Part shown: one piece after another, positions 36,559 through 45,552 of the stretch | How the letters are laid out: every line of letters begins with the position of its first letter | Position numbering within the stretch: the first letter of the stretch is position 1 | Source: Clostridia bacterium | GTDB lineage: Bacteria > Bacillota > Clostridia > Christensenellales > Borkfalkiaceae | Length of the DNA: 64,000 nucleotides | Direction: 5' to 3' | NCBI GenBank assembly: GCA_017462985.1 | Contig: JAFTQB010000014.1 | Location: 26,071 to 90,070 of the forward strand | The notes under the pieces: generated by a model | What the model was told of the DNA's origin: nothing | What the model saw: the letters and a program-made list of their open reading frames with translations, nothing else | Databases searched by the model: none | Made by a program: the position numbers and the translations under genes

Positions 36559-36587
36559 ATTGTACCACTCTTAATAAAAAAAGTCAA
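36559..36587 (-). promoter_or_regulatory. Near-consensus extended -10 promoter firing into palindromic element locus C
   Basis: On the minus strand, TTGACT (36587-36582), a 17-nt spacer, then TGgTACAAT (36567-36559). Confidence 0.65.
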
Positions 36588-36618
36588 TCCGTCCGCTACT
36601 TCGGACGGAATATTTTTT
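36588..36618. terminator. Hairpin plus T-run separating the divergent promoters (insulator or terminator)
   Basis: TCCGTCCG-ctactt-CGGACGGA followed by ATATTTTTT. Confidence 0.35.
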
Positions 36619-36645
36619 GCTATATTCTACAATTTGTATATAAAG

Positions 36646-36679
36646 CGTTCTAAATACAGAACGTTTCGAATACAGGACG
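36646..36679 (+). promoter_or_regulatory. Candidate operator region ahead of the second XRE gene
   Basis: Inverted repeat CGTTCT-N6-AGAACG (36646-36663). Direct 11-mers AATACAGAACG (36653-36663) and AATACAGGACG (36669-36679). Confidence 0.35.
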
Positions 36680-36691
36680 GAGGATATTGCA

Positions 36692-36925
36692 ATGAAATTA
36701 GTGGAAGCGATTGCAAAAAGAACAAAAGATTTATTAAGCGAGAAAGGATATTCAATGTACGGTCAGCAAATGAAAGGCGGTGTTCCACGGTCTACTTTAA
36801 GCGACGTAACTTCTATAAAAAAGAAACGCGTAAGTACCGATACTGTTTATCAATTTTGCGTAACGATCGGGATCACCTTAAAAGATTTTTTCGACGATCC
36901 GATCTTTAATGAAGTTACCGATTAA
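36692..36925 (+). CDS. XRE-family helix-turn-helix transcriptional regulator (77 aa)
   Basis: KGYSMYGQQMKGGVPRSTLSDVTSIKKKRVSTDTVYQFCVTIGITLKDFF has an HTH_XRE-like layout. A GGAGG RBS lies 8 nt upstream. Confidence 0.75.
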   Translation: MKLVEAIAKRTKDLLSEKGYSMYGQQMKGGVPRSTLSDVTSIKKKRVSTDTVYQFCVTIGITLKDFFDDPIFNEVTD

Positions 36926-36934
36926 AAAGCATAA

Positions 36935-36981
36935 CAAAAAAGAGCTATATTGATAAAAATTTATCAATATAGCTCTTTTTT
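36935..36981. terminator. Bidirectional intrinsic terminator
   Basis: AAAAAAGAGCTATATTGATAAA..TTTATCAATATAGCTCTTTTTT (16-bp stem). Confidence 0.85.
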
Positions 36982-37001
36982 CAATTGCATTTAAGAAAAT
37001 A

Positions 37002-37319
37002 TTACAGCACTTTATCGACAAATGCGCAAAGGGAAGCTTCGGGAACAAAGCCAAGGCTGTTTGCCGCCGCTTTGCCATCCTTGAACGCGATCACGTTCGG
37101 AATGGACGTAATGCCGTATTTCATCGCCGCTTCTTCGTTTTCGTCCACGTCGAGCTTGACGAACACCGCCTTGCCCTCGTAGCGATCGGAAACGTCCTCA
37201 AATACGGGCGCCAACATTCTGCAAGGTCCGCACCACGTCGCCCAAAAATCACAGATCACAGGCAGTTTCGAACTTGCCAACAATTCTTCCAATTCTTTAC
37301 TCGTTACGTATTTTACCAT
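37002..37319 (-). CDS. trxA: Thioredoxin
   Basis: WATWCGPC active site; 105 aa. Confidence 0.95.
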   Translation of the reverse strand: MVKYVTSKELEELLASSKLPVICDFWATWCGPCRMLAPVFEDVSDRYEGKAVFVKLDVDENEEAAMKYGITSIPNVIAFKDGKAAANSLGFVPEASLCAFVDKVL

Positions 37320-37346
37320 ATTTTTTACCCCTTTTTATAGTATCGA

Positions 37347-38597
37347 TTATTTATTCAAAAAATATTCCACGGCGTTTTCGAACGCCACTTTTTCGCTTTC
37401 GCCCGTCGCCATACACTTCACGTTCATTGCGCCCTCGGCAAGCTCGTTGCCGCCAACCACCGCCACGAACCTTGCGCCTAGCTTGTCCGCGTATTTAAAC
37501 TGCGCTTTCACCGAACGGCTCATATGATCGTATTCCGCGATCACGCCCGCCGCGCGGAGCGCACAACAAATTTCGAAGCATTTCTTGCGGCAGCTTTCGT
37601 CCATACCCGCCAAATACACGACGGGTTTTTCGGGTTGCGGGATTTCTACGCCCGAATTTTGCATCACCATCAGCAGCCGTTCGATGCCCGCCGCAAAGCC
37701 GACCGCGGGCGAAGCGCCGCCGCCGAGTTCTTCGATCAAGCCGTCGTATCTGCCGCCGCCGCACACCGTGCCCTGCGCGCCGATCGCCGTGGATACAAAT
37801 TCAAATACCGTGCGCGTATAATAATCCAAGCCCCGCACGATACGGGGGTTAATCTCGTAGCTCACGCCGCCGAGCGCGAGGTATTCTTTGAGCGCGGCAA
37901 AGTGCGCGGAGCAATCCTCGCAAAGATAATCCAAAATAGAGGGCGCGTTCGCGTTGATCGCTTTGCATGCCTCTTCCTTACAATCGAGCAAGCGGAGCGG
38001 GTTCTTATCAAAGCGCGTTTTGCAATCGTAGCAAAGCCCGTCCAAGCGCGCCGCGAAATAGTCTTTGAGAGCGGCGTTATACGCCTTTCGGCAAACGGGG
38101 CAACCGATCGAATTGATATACAGCTTCGCCGTGATGCCCAGCCGTTTCAAAAGCGTATCGGCGATCATGATCGTTTCCGCGTCCGTTTCCGCGCCCTTCG
38201 CGCCGAAAATTTCCACGCCGAATTGGTGAAATTCTCTCAATCTTCCCGCCTGCGGGCGTTCGTAGCGGAACGCGGGGATAATATAGTACATCTTCGCGGG
38301 AAGCACGCCGCCGAATTGACCGTTTTCGATATAAGAGCGCACCACGCCCGCCGTGCCCTCGGGCTTGAGCGTCATCGAACGGTTGCCTTTATCGAGGAAG
38401 GTATACATTTCCTTCGTAACGATATCCGTCGTGTTGCCCACGCCGCGCTGAAACAGCTCGGTGTGTTCGAATACGGGCGTGCGAATTTCTTTGAGCGAAA
38501 ATTGCTTGGCAACCTCGCGCGCCACGCCCTCTACAAACTGCCATTGATAACTTTCTTCGGGCAATACGTCTTTGGTGCCCTTGGGTACGTTGATCAT
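37347..38597 (-). CDS. hisS: Histidine--tRNA ligase
   Basis: Class II aaRS motifs (FRYERPQAGRLREFHQ, GGGRYDGL) and an anticodon-binding C-terminus. Confidence 0.95.
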   Translation of the reverse strand: MINVPKGTKDVLPEESYQWQFVEGVAREVAKQFSLKEIRTPVFEHTELFQRGVGNTTDIVTKEMYTFLDKGNRSMTLKPEGTAGVVRSYIENGQFGGVLPAKMYYIIPAFRYERPQAGRLREFHQFGVEIFGAKGAETDAETIMIADTLLKRLGITAKLYINSIGCPVCRKAYNAALKDYFAARLDGLCYDCKTRFDKNPLRLLDCKEEACKAINANAPSILDYLCEDCSAHFAALKEYLALGGVSYEINPRIVRGLDYYTRTVFEFVSTAIGAQGTVCGGGRYDGLIEELGGGASPAVGFAAGIERLLMVMQNSGVEIPQPEKPVVYLAGMDESCRKKCFEICCALRAAGVIAEYDHMSRSVKAQFKYADKLGARFVAVVGGNELAEGAMNVKCMATGESEKVAFENAVEYFLNK

Positions 38598-38609
38598 TTC
38601 TTTCGTCCT

Positions 38610-39923
38610 TTATAAAACGTATTTTTTAAGGTTTCTATCCCCCGTCAACTTGGCGAGGTGTTCGTCCACGTAATTTCTATCGATATTCACCGTTACGGTG
38701 GGATAATCGCCGCTTGCGTTAAAGGAAATTTCTTCCAAAAGGTATTCCATTACGGTGTGCAATCTTCTCGCGCCGATATCTTCGCTGGTCGCGTTCATTT
38801 CCACCGATACTTCCGCAATGCGTTCGATCGCCCCTTGATCGAATTTCAGCTCGATATTATCCACGCTCAAAAGCTTGGAATATTGGAAAGTGAGCGAATT
38901 TTCCGTTTCCGTCAAAATACGCACGAAATCCTCTTTCGTCAAGCTCTTCAATTCCACCGATACGGGGAATCTACCCTGCAATTCGGGAATGAGGTCTTCC
39001 ACCGCCGCCACGTGGAACGCGCCCGCCGCAATGAATAAGATAAAGTCCGTTTTCATCGGTCCGTATTTGGTTACCACCGTCGAACCTTCCACGATAGGCA
39101 AAATATCGCGTTGCACCCCCTCGCGGGATACGTCTACGCCGCCGCGGTTGCCCTTGCCCGCGATCTTATCGATCTCGTCGATAAACACGATGCCGTCGTT
39201 TTCCGCACGGCGCAAGGCTTCCTCTTTCACCGCGTCCTCGTCCACGAGCTTATCCGCTTCTTCCGCAAGCACGATCTGCATCGCTTCCTTCACCGTCAGC
39301 TTGCGGCGCTTGGTCTTTTTAGGGAACATATCCCCGAAAATATTGCCGATTGCGATCGTCGCCGATCCAGGGGAAAGCTCCATTTCCTTGGGCGCGTCCA
39401 TCACTTCGATCTCGATCGTCGTCGTGTCGTAATACCCCTTTCGCAAGCCGTCCAACAGCTCCGCTTCGAATTCTTCCATGCTCTTATTGCCTTTATCCGC
39501 GCGGCGCACTTCCAAAAGCGGCTTCAAAATGCGTTTTTCCGCCGCCGCAAGCGCCTTGGCGCGCACCTCTTCTTCCTTTTCCGCTTTCACCAACCGATAA
39601 GCGCACTCTGCAAGGTCGCGGATCATTCCTTCCACGTCTTTGCCCACGTAGCCCACTTCGGTGTATTTGGTGGCTTCCACTTTGACAAACGGCGCTTTCA
39701 CAAGCCGCGCCAAACGGCGCGCAATTTCCGTTTTGCCAACGCCCGTAGGACCTTTCATAATAATGTTCTTCGGCGTGATCTCCTCGCGAACCTCTTGGGG
39801 AAGCTGCGAACGGCGATAGCGGTTTCTCAGCGCGATCGCCACCGCTTTTTTCGCGTCGTCTTGGCCGATGATATATTTATCGAGCTGCTGCACGATCTGT
39901 TTGGGAGAATATTGCATTTCCAT
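38610..39923 (-). CDS. hslU: ATP-dependent protease ATPase subunit HslU
   Basis: SPKQIVQQLDKYIIGQDDAKKAVAIALRNRYRR, GPTGVGKTEIARRLA, IVFIDEIDKI. Confidence 0.96.
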   Translation of the reverse strand: MEMQYSPKQIVQQLDKYIIGQDDAKKAVAIALRNRYRRSQLPQEVREEITPKNIIMKGPTGVGKTEIARRLARLVKAPFVKVEATKYTEVGYVGKDVEGMIRDLAECAYRLVKAEKEEEVRAKALAAAEKRILKPLLEVRRADKGNKSMEEFEAELLDGLRKGYYDTTTIEIEVMDAPKEMELSPGSATIAIGNIFGDMFPKKTKRRKLTVKEAMQIVLAEEADKLVDEDAVKEEALRRAENDGIVFIDEIDKIAGKGNRGGVDVSREGVQRDILPIVEGSTVVTKYGPMKTDFILFIAAGAFHVAAVEDLIPELQGRFPVSVELKSLTKEDFVRILTETENSLTFQYSKLLSVDNIELKFDQGAIERIAEVSVEMNATSEDIGARRLHTVMEYLLEEISFNASGDYPTVTVNIDRNYVDEHLAKLTGDRNLKKYVL

Positions 39924-40478
39924 TTACGCTTCCTCCTTTCCGCCCACCGTTTCCATACGGATATTATCGTTGGTAAACACGCAAATTTCCGAAGCGATCT
40001 TCAACGCCTTTTGCGCGATCGTCGGCGCGTCGTAATTCGTTTCTTGATAGAGCGCGCGCGCCGCCGCCAACGCGTAATTGCCGCCGCTGCCGATCGCGCA
40101 AACGCCCTCGTCCGGTTCGATCACCTCGCCCGTGCCCGATAAAATGAGCAGGGTGTTTTCATCCGCGGTGATCATCATTGCGTCCAATTTTCTGCCGATC
40201 TTGTCGCTTCTCCAAAGCTCGGCAAGCTCCACCGCCGAACGCATCAAATTGCCCGAAAATTTATTCAGCATTTCCTCAAAGCGTTCGGTGAGCGCAAACG
40301 CGTCCGTTACCGAACCCGCAAAGCCCAAGATCACCTTGCCGCCGTAAATACGGCGCACCTTTACCGCCGTGTTTTTAAAAATCACCGATTCGCCCATCGT
40401 TACCTGTCCGTCGCCCGCGATCGCCGTAACGCCGTCCTTTTTCACGGCGCAAATCGTCGTTCCTCTAAATTCCATCAT
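39924..40478 (-). CDS. hslV: ATP-dependent protease subunit HslV
   Basis: N-terminal TTICAV (catalytic Thr after Met removal), GDGQVT, GSGGNYA. Confidence 0.95.
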   Translation of the reverse strand: MMEFRGTTICAVKKDGVTAIAGDGQVTMGESVIFKNTAVKVRRIYGGKVILGFAGSVTDAFALTERFEEMLNKFSGNLMRSAVELAELWRSDKIGRKLDAMMITADENTLLILSGTGEVIEPDEGVCAIGSGGNYALAAARALYQETNYDAPTIAQKALKIASEICVFTNDNIRMETVGGKEEA

Positions 40479-40493
40479 TCTTTCTCCTAAAAA

Positions 40494-41816
40494 TTATTGC
40501 TCTTTTGCTTTTTCCGCTTTCACCGCTTCGATCGCCCGCTCTGCAAGCGCGCGGTAGCGTTCGCGTTTGTCGCGGATACGCTGAGGCAGCGGCGCCAAGA
40601 TCCCGAAATTTGCGTTCATCGGCTGATAATCCTTTTGCGGCGTGGAAATATGCGTTTGCAACGCGCCGCAAACAGTGCGTTCGTCAAAGACGTGGGTAGG
40701 TCTTTTTAAAATTTCGTCGGCAATTTTGATTGCCGCGAGCAAGCCGCTTGCCGCGCTTTCCACGTATCCCTCTACGCCCGTAATCTGCCCTGCGAAAAAG
40801 AGTTTCGAATTATTCTTAAACGAAAAATCGCGATTTAAAACAGAGGGAGCTTGAATATAAGTATTTCTGTGCATTACCCCATATTTTAGGTACTCCGCAT
40901 TTTTCAGGGCGGGAATGAGCGAAAACACCCGTTTTTGTTCGGGGAATTTTAAATTCGTTTGACAGCCTACCAGGTTATACGCCTCGCCTAAAACCGTTTC
41001 CTTTCGAAGCTGCAACACCGCATACGGGCGTTTGCCGTCCTCGCCGAACAGCCCCACGGGCTTTAACGTGCCGTAGCGGAGCGTATCTAATCCCCTCGAA
41101 GCCATCACCTCGATCGGCATACACCCCTCGAAGATCTCTCGCTTTTCAAAATCGTGCAGCTCCACCTTTTCCGCCGCTAAAAGCTCGTTCACGAAACGGT
41201 AATATTCCTCTTTCGTCATCGGGCAGTTGATATAATCGCCCGTGCCCTTGCCGTAGCGATCGCCCGTAAACGCGCGGCTCATATCGATACTGTCCTTTGC
41301 CACGATGGGCGCGGACGCGTCGTAAAAATGCAAGCCCCCGCCGCAAAGCGCGGAAATATCTTTGGAAAGCGCGTCCGAAGTGAGCGGCCCTGTGGCAATA
41401 ATCACGTACCTGCCCCCGTCCGTTTGCGGAATCGGCACCGTTTCCGCTTCCTCGTTCACGATCGTAAGCGTGGGAAGCGCACGCAATTTTTCGGTGATAT
41501 ATGCGGAAAATCTCTCGCGATCGACGGCGAGCGCCGCGCCTGCGGGAACGGCGGTCGCGTCCGCCGCTTCTATTACGAGCGAACCCAAAATACGCATTTC
41601 CTCTTTCAATAGCCCGCACGCGTTCGCGTAAATATCGTTGCTCTTTAAAGAGTTAGAGCACACTAGCTCGGCAAATCCCTCCGCGCTATGCGCGGGGGTA
41701 AATTTTTTCGGCTTCATTTCGACGAGTGTAACCTTTACGCCGCGCGAAGCGAGGTAATACGCCGCTTCGCTGCCCGCCAAGCCGCCGCCGATCACCGTTA
41801 CGCAAGCGTTATACAT
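40494..41816 (-). CDS. trmFO: Methylenetetrahydrofolate--tRNA-(uracil-5-)-methyltransferase TrmFO
   Basis: VIGGGLAGSEAAYYLA FAD motif, GQITGVEGYVESAASG, and a position between topA and hslV. Confidence 0.93.
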   Translation of the reverse strand: MYNACVTVIGGGLAGSEAAYYLASRGVKVTLVEMKPKKFTPAHSAEGFAELVCSNSLKSNDIYANACGLLKEEMRILGSLVIEAADATAVPAGAALAVDRERFSAYITEKLRALPTLTIVNEEAETVPIPQTDGGRYVIIATGPLTSDALSKDISALCGGGLHFYDASAPIVAKDSIDMSRAFTGDRYGKGTGDYINCPMTKEEYYRFVNELLAAEKVELHDFEKREIFEGCMPIEVMASRGLDTLRYGTLKPVGLFGEDGKRPYAVLQLRKETVLGEAYNLVGCQTNLKFPEQKRVFSLIPALKNAEYLKYGVMHRNTYIQAPSVLNRDFSFKNNSKLFFAGQITGVEGYVESAASGLLAAIKIADEILKRPTHVFDERTVCGALQTHISTPQKDYQPMNANFGILAPLPQRIRDKRERYRALAERAIEAVKAEKAKEQ

Positions 41817-44133
41817 AATCGTCCTCTTGTCCGTAATAATCGTCGTAGACGGGCGGTTCGTCCAAAGCGGGAAAATCGATTGCGTTTTCGTTTATTTCAA
41901 TCGGTTTCTTCTGCGTTTCCGCGCCCTTTACGCGGTATTTACATTCCTTATTCGAACATTTCACGCCGCCGCGCGCCGTTTTTACGAGCGGTTCCTTGCA
42001 ATCGGGGCAACGCTCGCCCGTGGGAATATCCCAGCTCATAAATTTGCAATCGGGATAGCCTACGCAGCTATAATACACCTTGCCGCGCTTGGACTTTCTC
42101 TCGCTCATCTCCAAGCCGCAATCGGGGCATTTCCCGACGAGCTTGGGCGTTTCGTCCGAAGGCATCGAAAGGGTGGTTTTGCAATCGGGATAGTTGGGGC
42201 AAGCGAGGAACTTTCCGAATTTTCCGTTTTTCACCACCATATTTTCCCCGCACTTGGGGCAACGCACGGAAGAAATTTCTTCCTTGCTTTCGCTGATGAT
42301 ATTATGGCATTCGGGATAATTCGAGCAAGCCAAATATTTTCCGAATTTGCCCGTTCTGCGGATCATAAAATGCCCGCACTTGCCGCAAACCTCTTGCGTT
42401 TGCTCGTCGCCGTAAGAGGAAGCTGCGCGGAGATTTTTCTCAAAACCGGGATAAAACTCCCCGATGACGTTTCTCCAATCCACGCCGCCGTCCTCGATAT
42501 CGTCCAAATTCGTTTCCATGCCCGCCGTAAAGCCGATATCCATGACGTCCTTAAAGCACGCGCAAAGCATATCCACCACCTCGTACGCAACGGGCGCTGG
42601 CAACATATATTTACCCTCTTTTTTCACGTATTTTTGATTGAGCTTCGCAATGATCGTCGCGTAGGTAGAGGGTCTGCCGATCCCCTTTTCTTCCATCGTT
42701 TTTACGAGCGAAGCGTCGGTATAGCGCATGGGCGGCTTGGTGAATTTTTGTTCGCTCTTCACCGACTTTGCAAACACCTCGTCCCCCTCGGAAAGATCGG
42801 GCAAAAGCTTGGTAGTATCCACGCCGTCCTCGTCGCTCTTTTGCGAAAAATCCTGATAGATCGCCGTGAAGCCGGGGAAGAGCAGCACCTTGCCGCTCGC
42901 CTTAAACACGTAACCGCTGTTTTCGATCTCCATTTGCGCGCTGTTGTATTTCGCTTCCGCCATTTGCGAAGCCAAAAAGCGTTCGTAAACGAGCTTATAC
43001 AGCTTATAATGCTTATTATCAAGCAGCGTTTTCGCCTTTTCGGGCGTCATTTCGAGGTCGATAGGGCGAATGGCTTCGTGCGCGTCCTGCGCGCCCTTTT
43101 TCGTCGCGTAAAAGTTCGGTTTTTGCGGCGCATAATCCTCGCCGTACACCCGCTTGATTCGCTCGATCGCGCGCGCTTGCGCTTCCGCAGATACGCGCAC
43201 GGAGTCCGTTCTCATATAAGTGATAAAGGCGATATGCTCGCCGTTCGCCGCTTGAATACCTTCGTACAAGTGCTGCGCAAGCGACATCGTTTCGGGCGCG
43301 GTGAAGCCGAGCTTCGTGGAAGCGTCCTGTTGCAACGAGCTAGTCGTAAAAGGCGCGGGCGCGTGCGATTTAGTAACCGCTTTTTTCACTTTCGTAACGG
43401 TATATTGCCCGCTTGCAAGCGCCGATAATACGAGGTCGGTTTCCTCTTTGGAAGCGGGCTTATATTTTTTGCCGCCCTTCTTTTCAAGGAGCGCCTTAAA
43501 CGCCGCGTGTTTTTTCCCTTCGTCTTCAAGCTCCGCCGTGATATTCCAATATTCTTCGGGCTTAAACGCCGTGATCTCGCGTTCGCGTTCCACGATCAAC
43601 CTCAGCGCCACCGATTGCACGCGTCCCGCCGAAAGGCTGCGCTTGCCGTTCGCGCTCTCGTCCACGATTTTATGGTTTAAGAGCGTGGAAAGCTTATAGC
43701 CCACCAATCTATCCAAAACGCGGCGCGCCTGTTGCGCGTCCACTAAGCCCATATTGATCTTGCGGGGCTTTTGAAGCGCCGCTTCGATCGCGCGTTTTGA
43801 GACTTCGTTAAACTCGATACGGTTTTCGCCGTCCTCGTCCAAGCCCAAAACCGTTTGCAAATGCCAAGAGATCGCCTCGCCCTCTCTATCAGGGTCGGTT
43901 GCAAGATATACGCGATCGGCTTTTTTCATTGCCGCCGTCAATCTGGCGATCACGTCCTCTTTCCCTTCGGAATTGACGTATTTCGGCTCGAAATTGTTCT
44001 TGATATCCACGCAGAGCGAGTGTACGGGAAGATCGCGAATATGCCCCGCCGAAGCGTACACGCGGTATTTCCCCTGTAAGTATTTTTCGATGGTTTTTGC
44101 CTTTGAAGGCGACTCTACGATAATTAAATCCAT
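41809..44133 (-). CDS. topA: DNA topoisomerase I
   Basis: TOPRIM start MDLIIVESPSKAKTIEKYL, catalytic region YMRTDS, and several C-terminal zinc ribbons (CGKCGH..CSNYPEC, CPKCG..CPNYPDC). Confidence 0.96.
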   Translation of the reverse strand: MDLIIVESPSKAKTIEKYLQGKYRVYASAGHIRDLPVHSLCVDIKNNFEPKYVNSEGKEDVIARLTAAMKKADRVYLATDPDREGEAISWHLQTVLGLDEDGENRIEFNEVSKRAIEAALQKPRKINMGLVDAQQARRVLDRLVGYKLSTLLNHKIVDESANGKRSLSAGRVQSVALRLIVEREREITAFKPEEYWNITAELEDEGKKHAAFKALLEKKGGKKYKPASKEETDLVLSALASGQYTVTKVKKAVTKSHAPAPFTTSSLQQDASTKLGFTAPETMSLAQHLYEGIQAANGEHIAFITYMRTDSVRVSAEAQARAIERIKRVYGEDYAPQKPNFYATKKGAQDAHEAIRPIDLEMTPEKAKTLLDNKHYKLYKLVYERFLASQMAEAKYNSAQMEIENSGYVFKASGKVLLFPGFTAIYQDFSQKSDEDGVDTTKLLPDLSEGDEVFAKSVKSEQKFTKPPMRYTDASLVKTMEEKGIGRPSTYATIIAKLNQKYVKKEGKYMLPAPVAYEVVDMLCACFKDVMDIGFTAGMETNLDDIEDGGVDWRNVIGEFYPGFEKNLRAASSYGDEQTQEVCGKCGHFMIRRTGKFGKYLACSNYPECHNIISESKEEISSVRCPKCGENMVVKNGKFGKFLACPNYPDCKTTLSMPSDETPKLVGKCPDCGLEMSERKSKRGKVYYSCVGYPDCKFMSWDIPTGERCPDCKEPLVKTARGGVKCSNKECKYRVKGAETQKKPIEINENAIDFPALDEPPVYDDYYGQEDDYV

Positions 44134-44186
44134 TCTGACTTCCTTAAAATTTCAATTACTTTATTTTTACCAATTTATCACGCGTT

Positions 44187-45272
44187 TCAAACGGCGCCGT
44201 AGCGATTTCCGCCCAATTTTACCGCCAAACCCTTCATTTCCAAAGCGGCAAGCGTCGCCGTCAGCTTAAAAACGGGCAACCCGAGCGTTTTCGAAAGCTC
44301 GCCGATATGCGCTTCGGAAAGCTCTTTGAGCGCTTCAAGCGTTTTCGCTTCCGTTTCGCCGAGCGCTACCTGCCGTTCCTCCGCGGCTTCCATGCCGAAC
44401 GCTTGGAAAATATCCGCCGCGCTTTCCGTTAAACGCGCGCCCGCTTTGATAAGCGCGTTGCAGCCCTCGCCCGCCGTCGTACCGAGCGGATAGGGAATGG
44501 CAAAGAGCGGCTTCCCCTGCTCCTTTGCGTATTTCGCCGTGATGAGCGCGCCGCTTTTTTTCGCCGCGCCAAGCACCAACACGCCGACGGAAAGAGCAGC
44601 CAACAGCTCGTTCCTCACCTCGTACGAATACACGCGCACGGGCGTATCGTACGAGCAAGCGGAAAGCAACAAGCCCGTTTCTTCCACGCGCTTTAATAGC
44701 GGCAAATTCCCCTGCGGCGTTGCCGAAAAACCGCCCGCGATCAACGCGATCACCTTTCCGCTTCCCGCAAGCGCGCCCTCGATCGCCGCTTCGTCGCCGC
44801 CGTCCGCCGCGCCCGTGAGCACGGTGAAGCTATGCGAGAGCGCTTCCGCGATCTGTTTGCCCGCTTTTCGCGCCGTTTCTACCGTTCTGCGAGAGCCGAC
44901 TACGGCGAACAGCCTTTCTTCCAAAAGCCGCGTATTCCCTTTGGCATACAGACATAAAGGCGCGTGTTCCAGCCCCGCAAACGCCTTGGGATACAGCTCG
45001 TCGCCCTCAAAGATCGGCGCGATCTTTTCCGCTTCCATGCGTTTGCAAAGCGACGAAAAATACGCGCCGCCGTCGGAAAGCGTAGCAAGCATTTTTTCAA
45101 AGCACTCGCGCTTTGTCGCGGGGAAATATTCCTCCAAGCCCGAAAAATTTTTCACAAGCTCGACGGCGCTTCCCGCCGCGTTTAACAGCTTGCGTTTTTC
45201 GGTAAGCTCCAAAGGAAAGCTATCCAGCCAAAGCAGGCATTTTTGTCGTGCGCTAAACTGCATCTTATGCAA
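44187..45272 (-). CDS. dprA: DNA processing protein DprA (Smf)
   Basis: Rossmann-like core AVVGSRR...GAADGGDEAA and a C-terminal winged-helix-like tail. It lies upstream of topA as in many Firmicutes. Confidence 0.88.
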   Translation of the reverse strand: MHKMQFSARQKCLLWLDSFPLELTEKRKLLNAAGSAVELVKNFSGLEEYFPATKRECFEKMLATLSDGGAYFSSLCKRMEAEKIAPIFEGDELYPKAFAGLEHAPLCLYAKGNTRLLEERLFAVVGSRRTVETARKAGKQIAEALSHSFTVLTGAADGGDEAAIEGALAGSGKVIALIAGGFSATPQGNLPLLKRVEETGLLLSACSYDTPVRVYSYEVRNELLAALSVGVLVLGAAKKSGALITAKYAKEQGKPLFAIPYPLGTTAGEGCNALIKAGARLTESAADIFQAFGMEAAEERQVALGETEAKTLEALKELSEAHIGELSKTLGLPVFKLTATLAALEMKGLAVKLGGNRYGAV

Positions 45273-45543
45273 ACGCTACGATGAGGTACACGCCGAGCAC
45301 TACCTGCCAAAGCGCGCCTAAAATATTCACGGCGTAAAAATACCAATGCTTCGTCTTATGACGGAACGTGAACATTCCGAAAAAGCCGCCCGCCGCACCG
45401 CCGAAAAAGCTGAATCCGAGCAACGTCTTTTCAGGGATACGCCAAGCCCCGCTTTCAGCCTTTTTCTTATCTACCCCGTAAAGGATAAAATTGATTAAGC
45501 TGATCACGGCAATTACGATTAAATAAATCCAAAAAACGATCAT
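45265..45543 (-). CDS. DUF1294-like small membrane protein
   Basis: YGVDKKKAESGAWRIPEKTLLGFSFFGGAAGGFFGMFTFRHKTKH is the pattern I associate with DUF1294. Confidence 0.7.
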   Translation of the reverse strand: MIVFWIYLIVIAVISLINFILYGVDKKKAESGAWRIPEKTLLGFSFFGGAAGGFFGMFTFRHKTKHWYFYAVNILGALWQVVLGVYLIVAFA

Positions 45544-45552
45544 ACTATCACC

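Noticed and set aside
36514-36909. 131-aa plus-strand ORF overlapping the XRE gene
   Set aside because: It is in a different frame from the HTH-containing ORF, has a low-complexity K/R/F/Y-rich translation, and starts inside the divergent promoter region.
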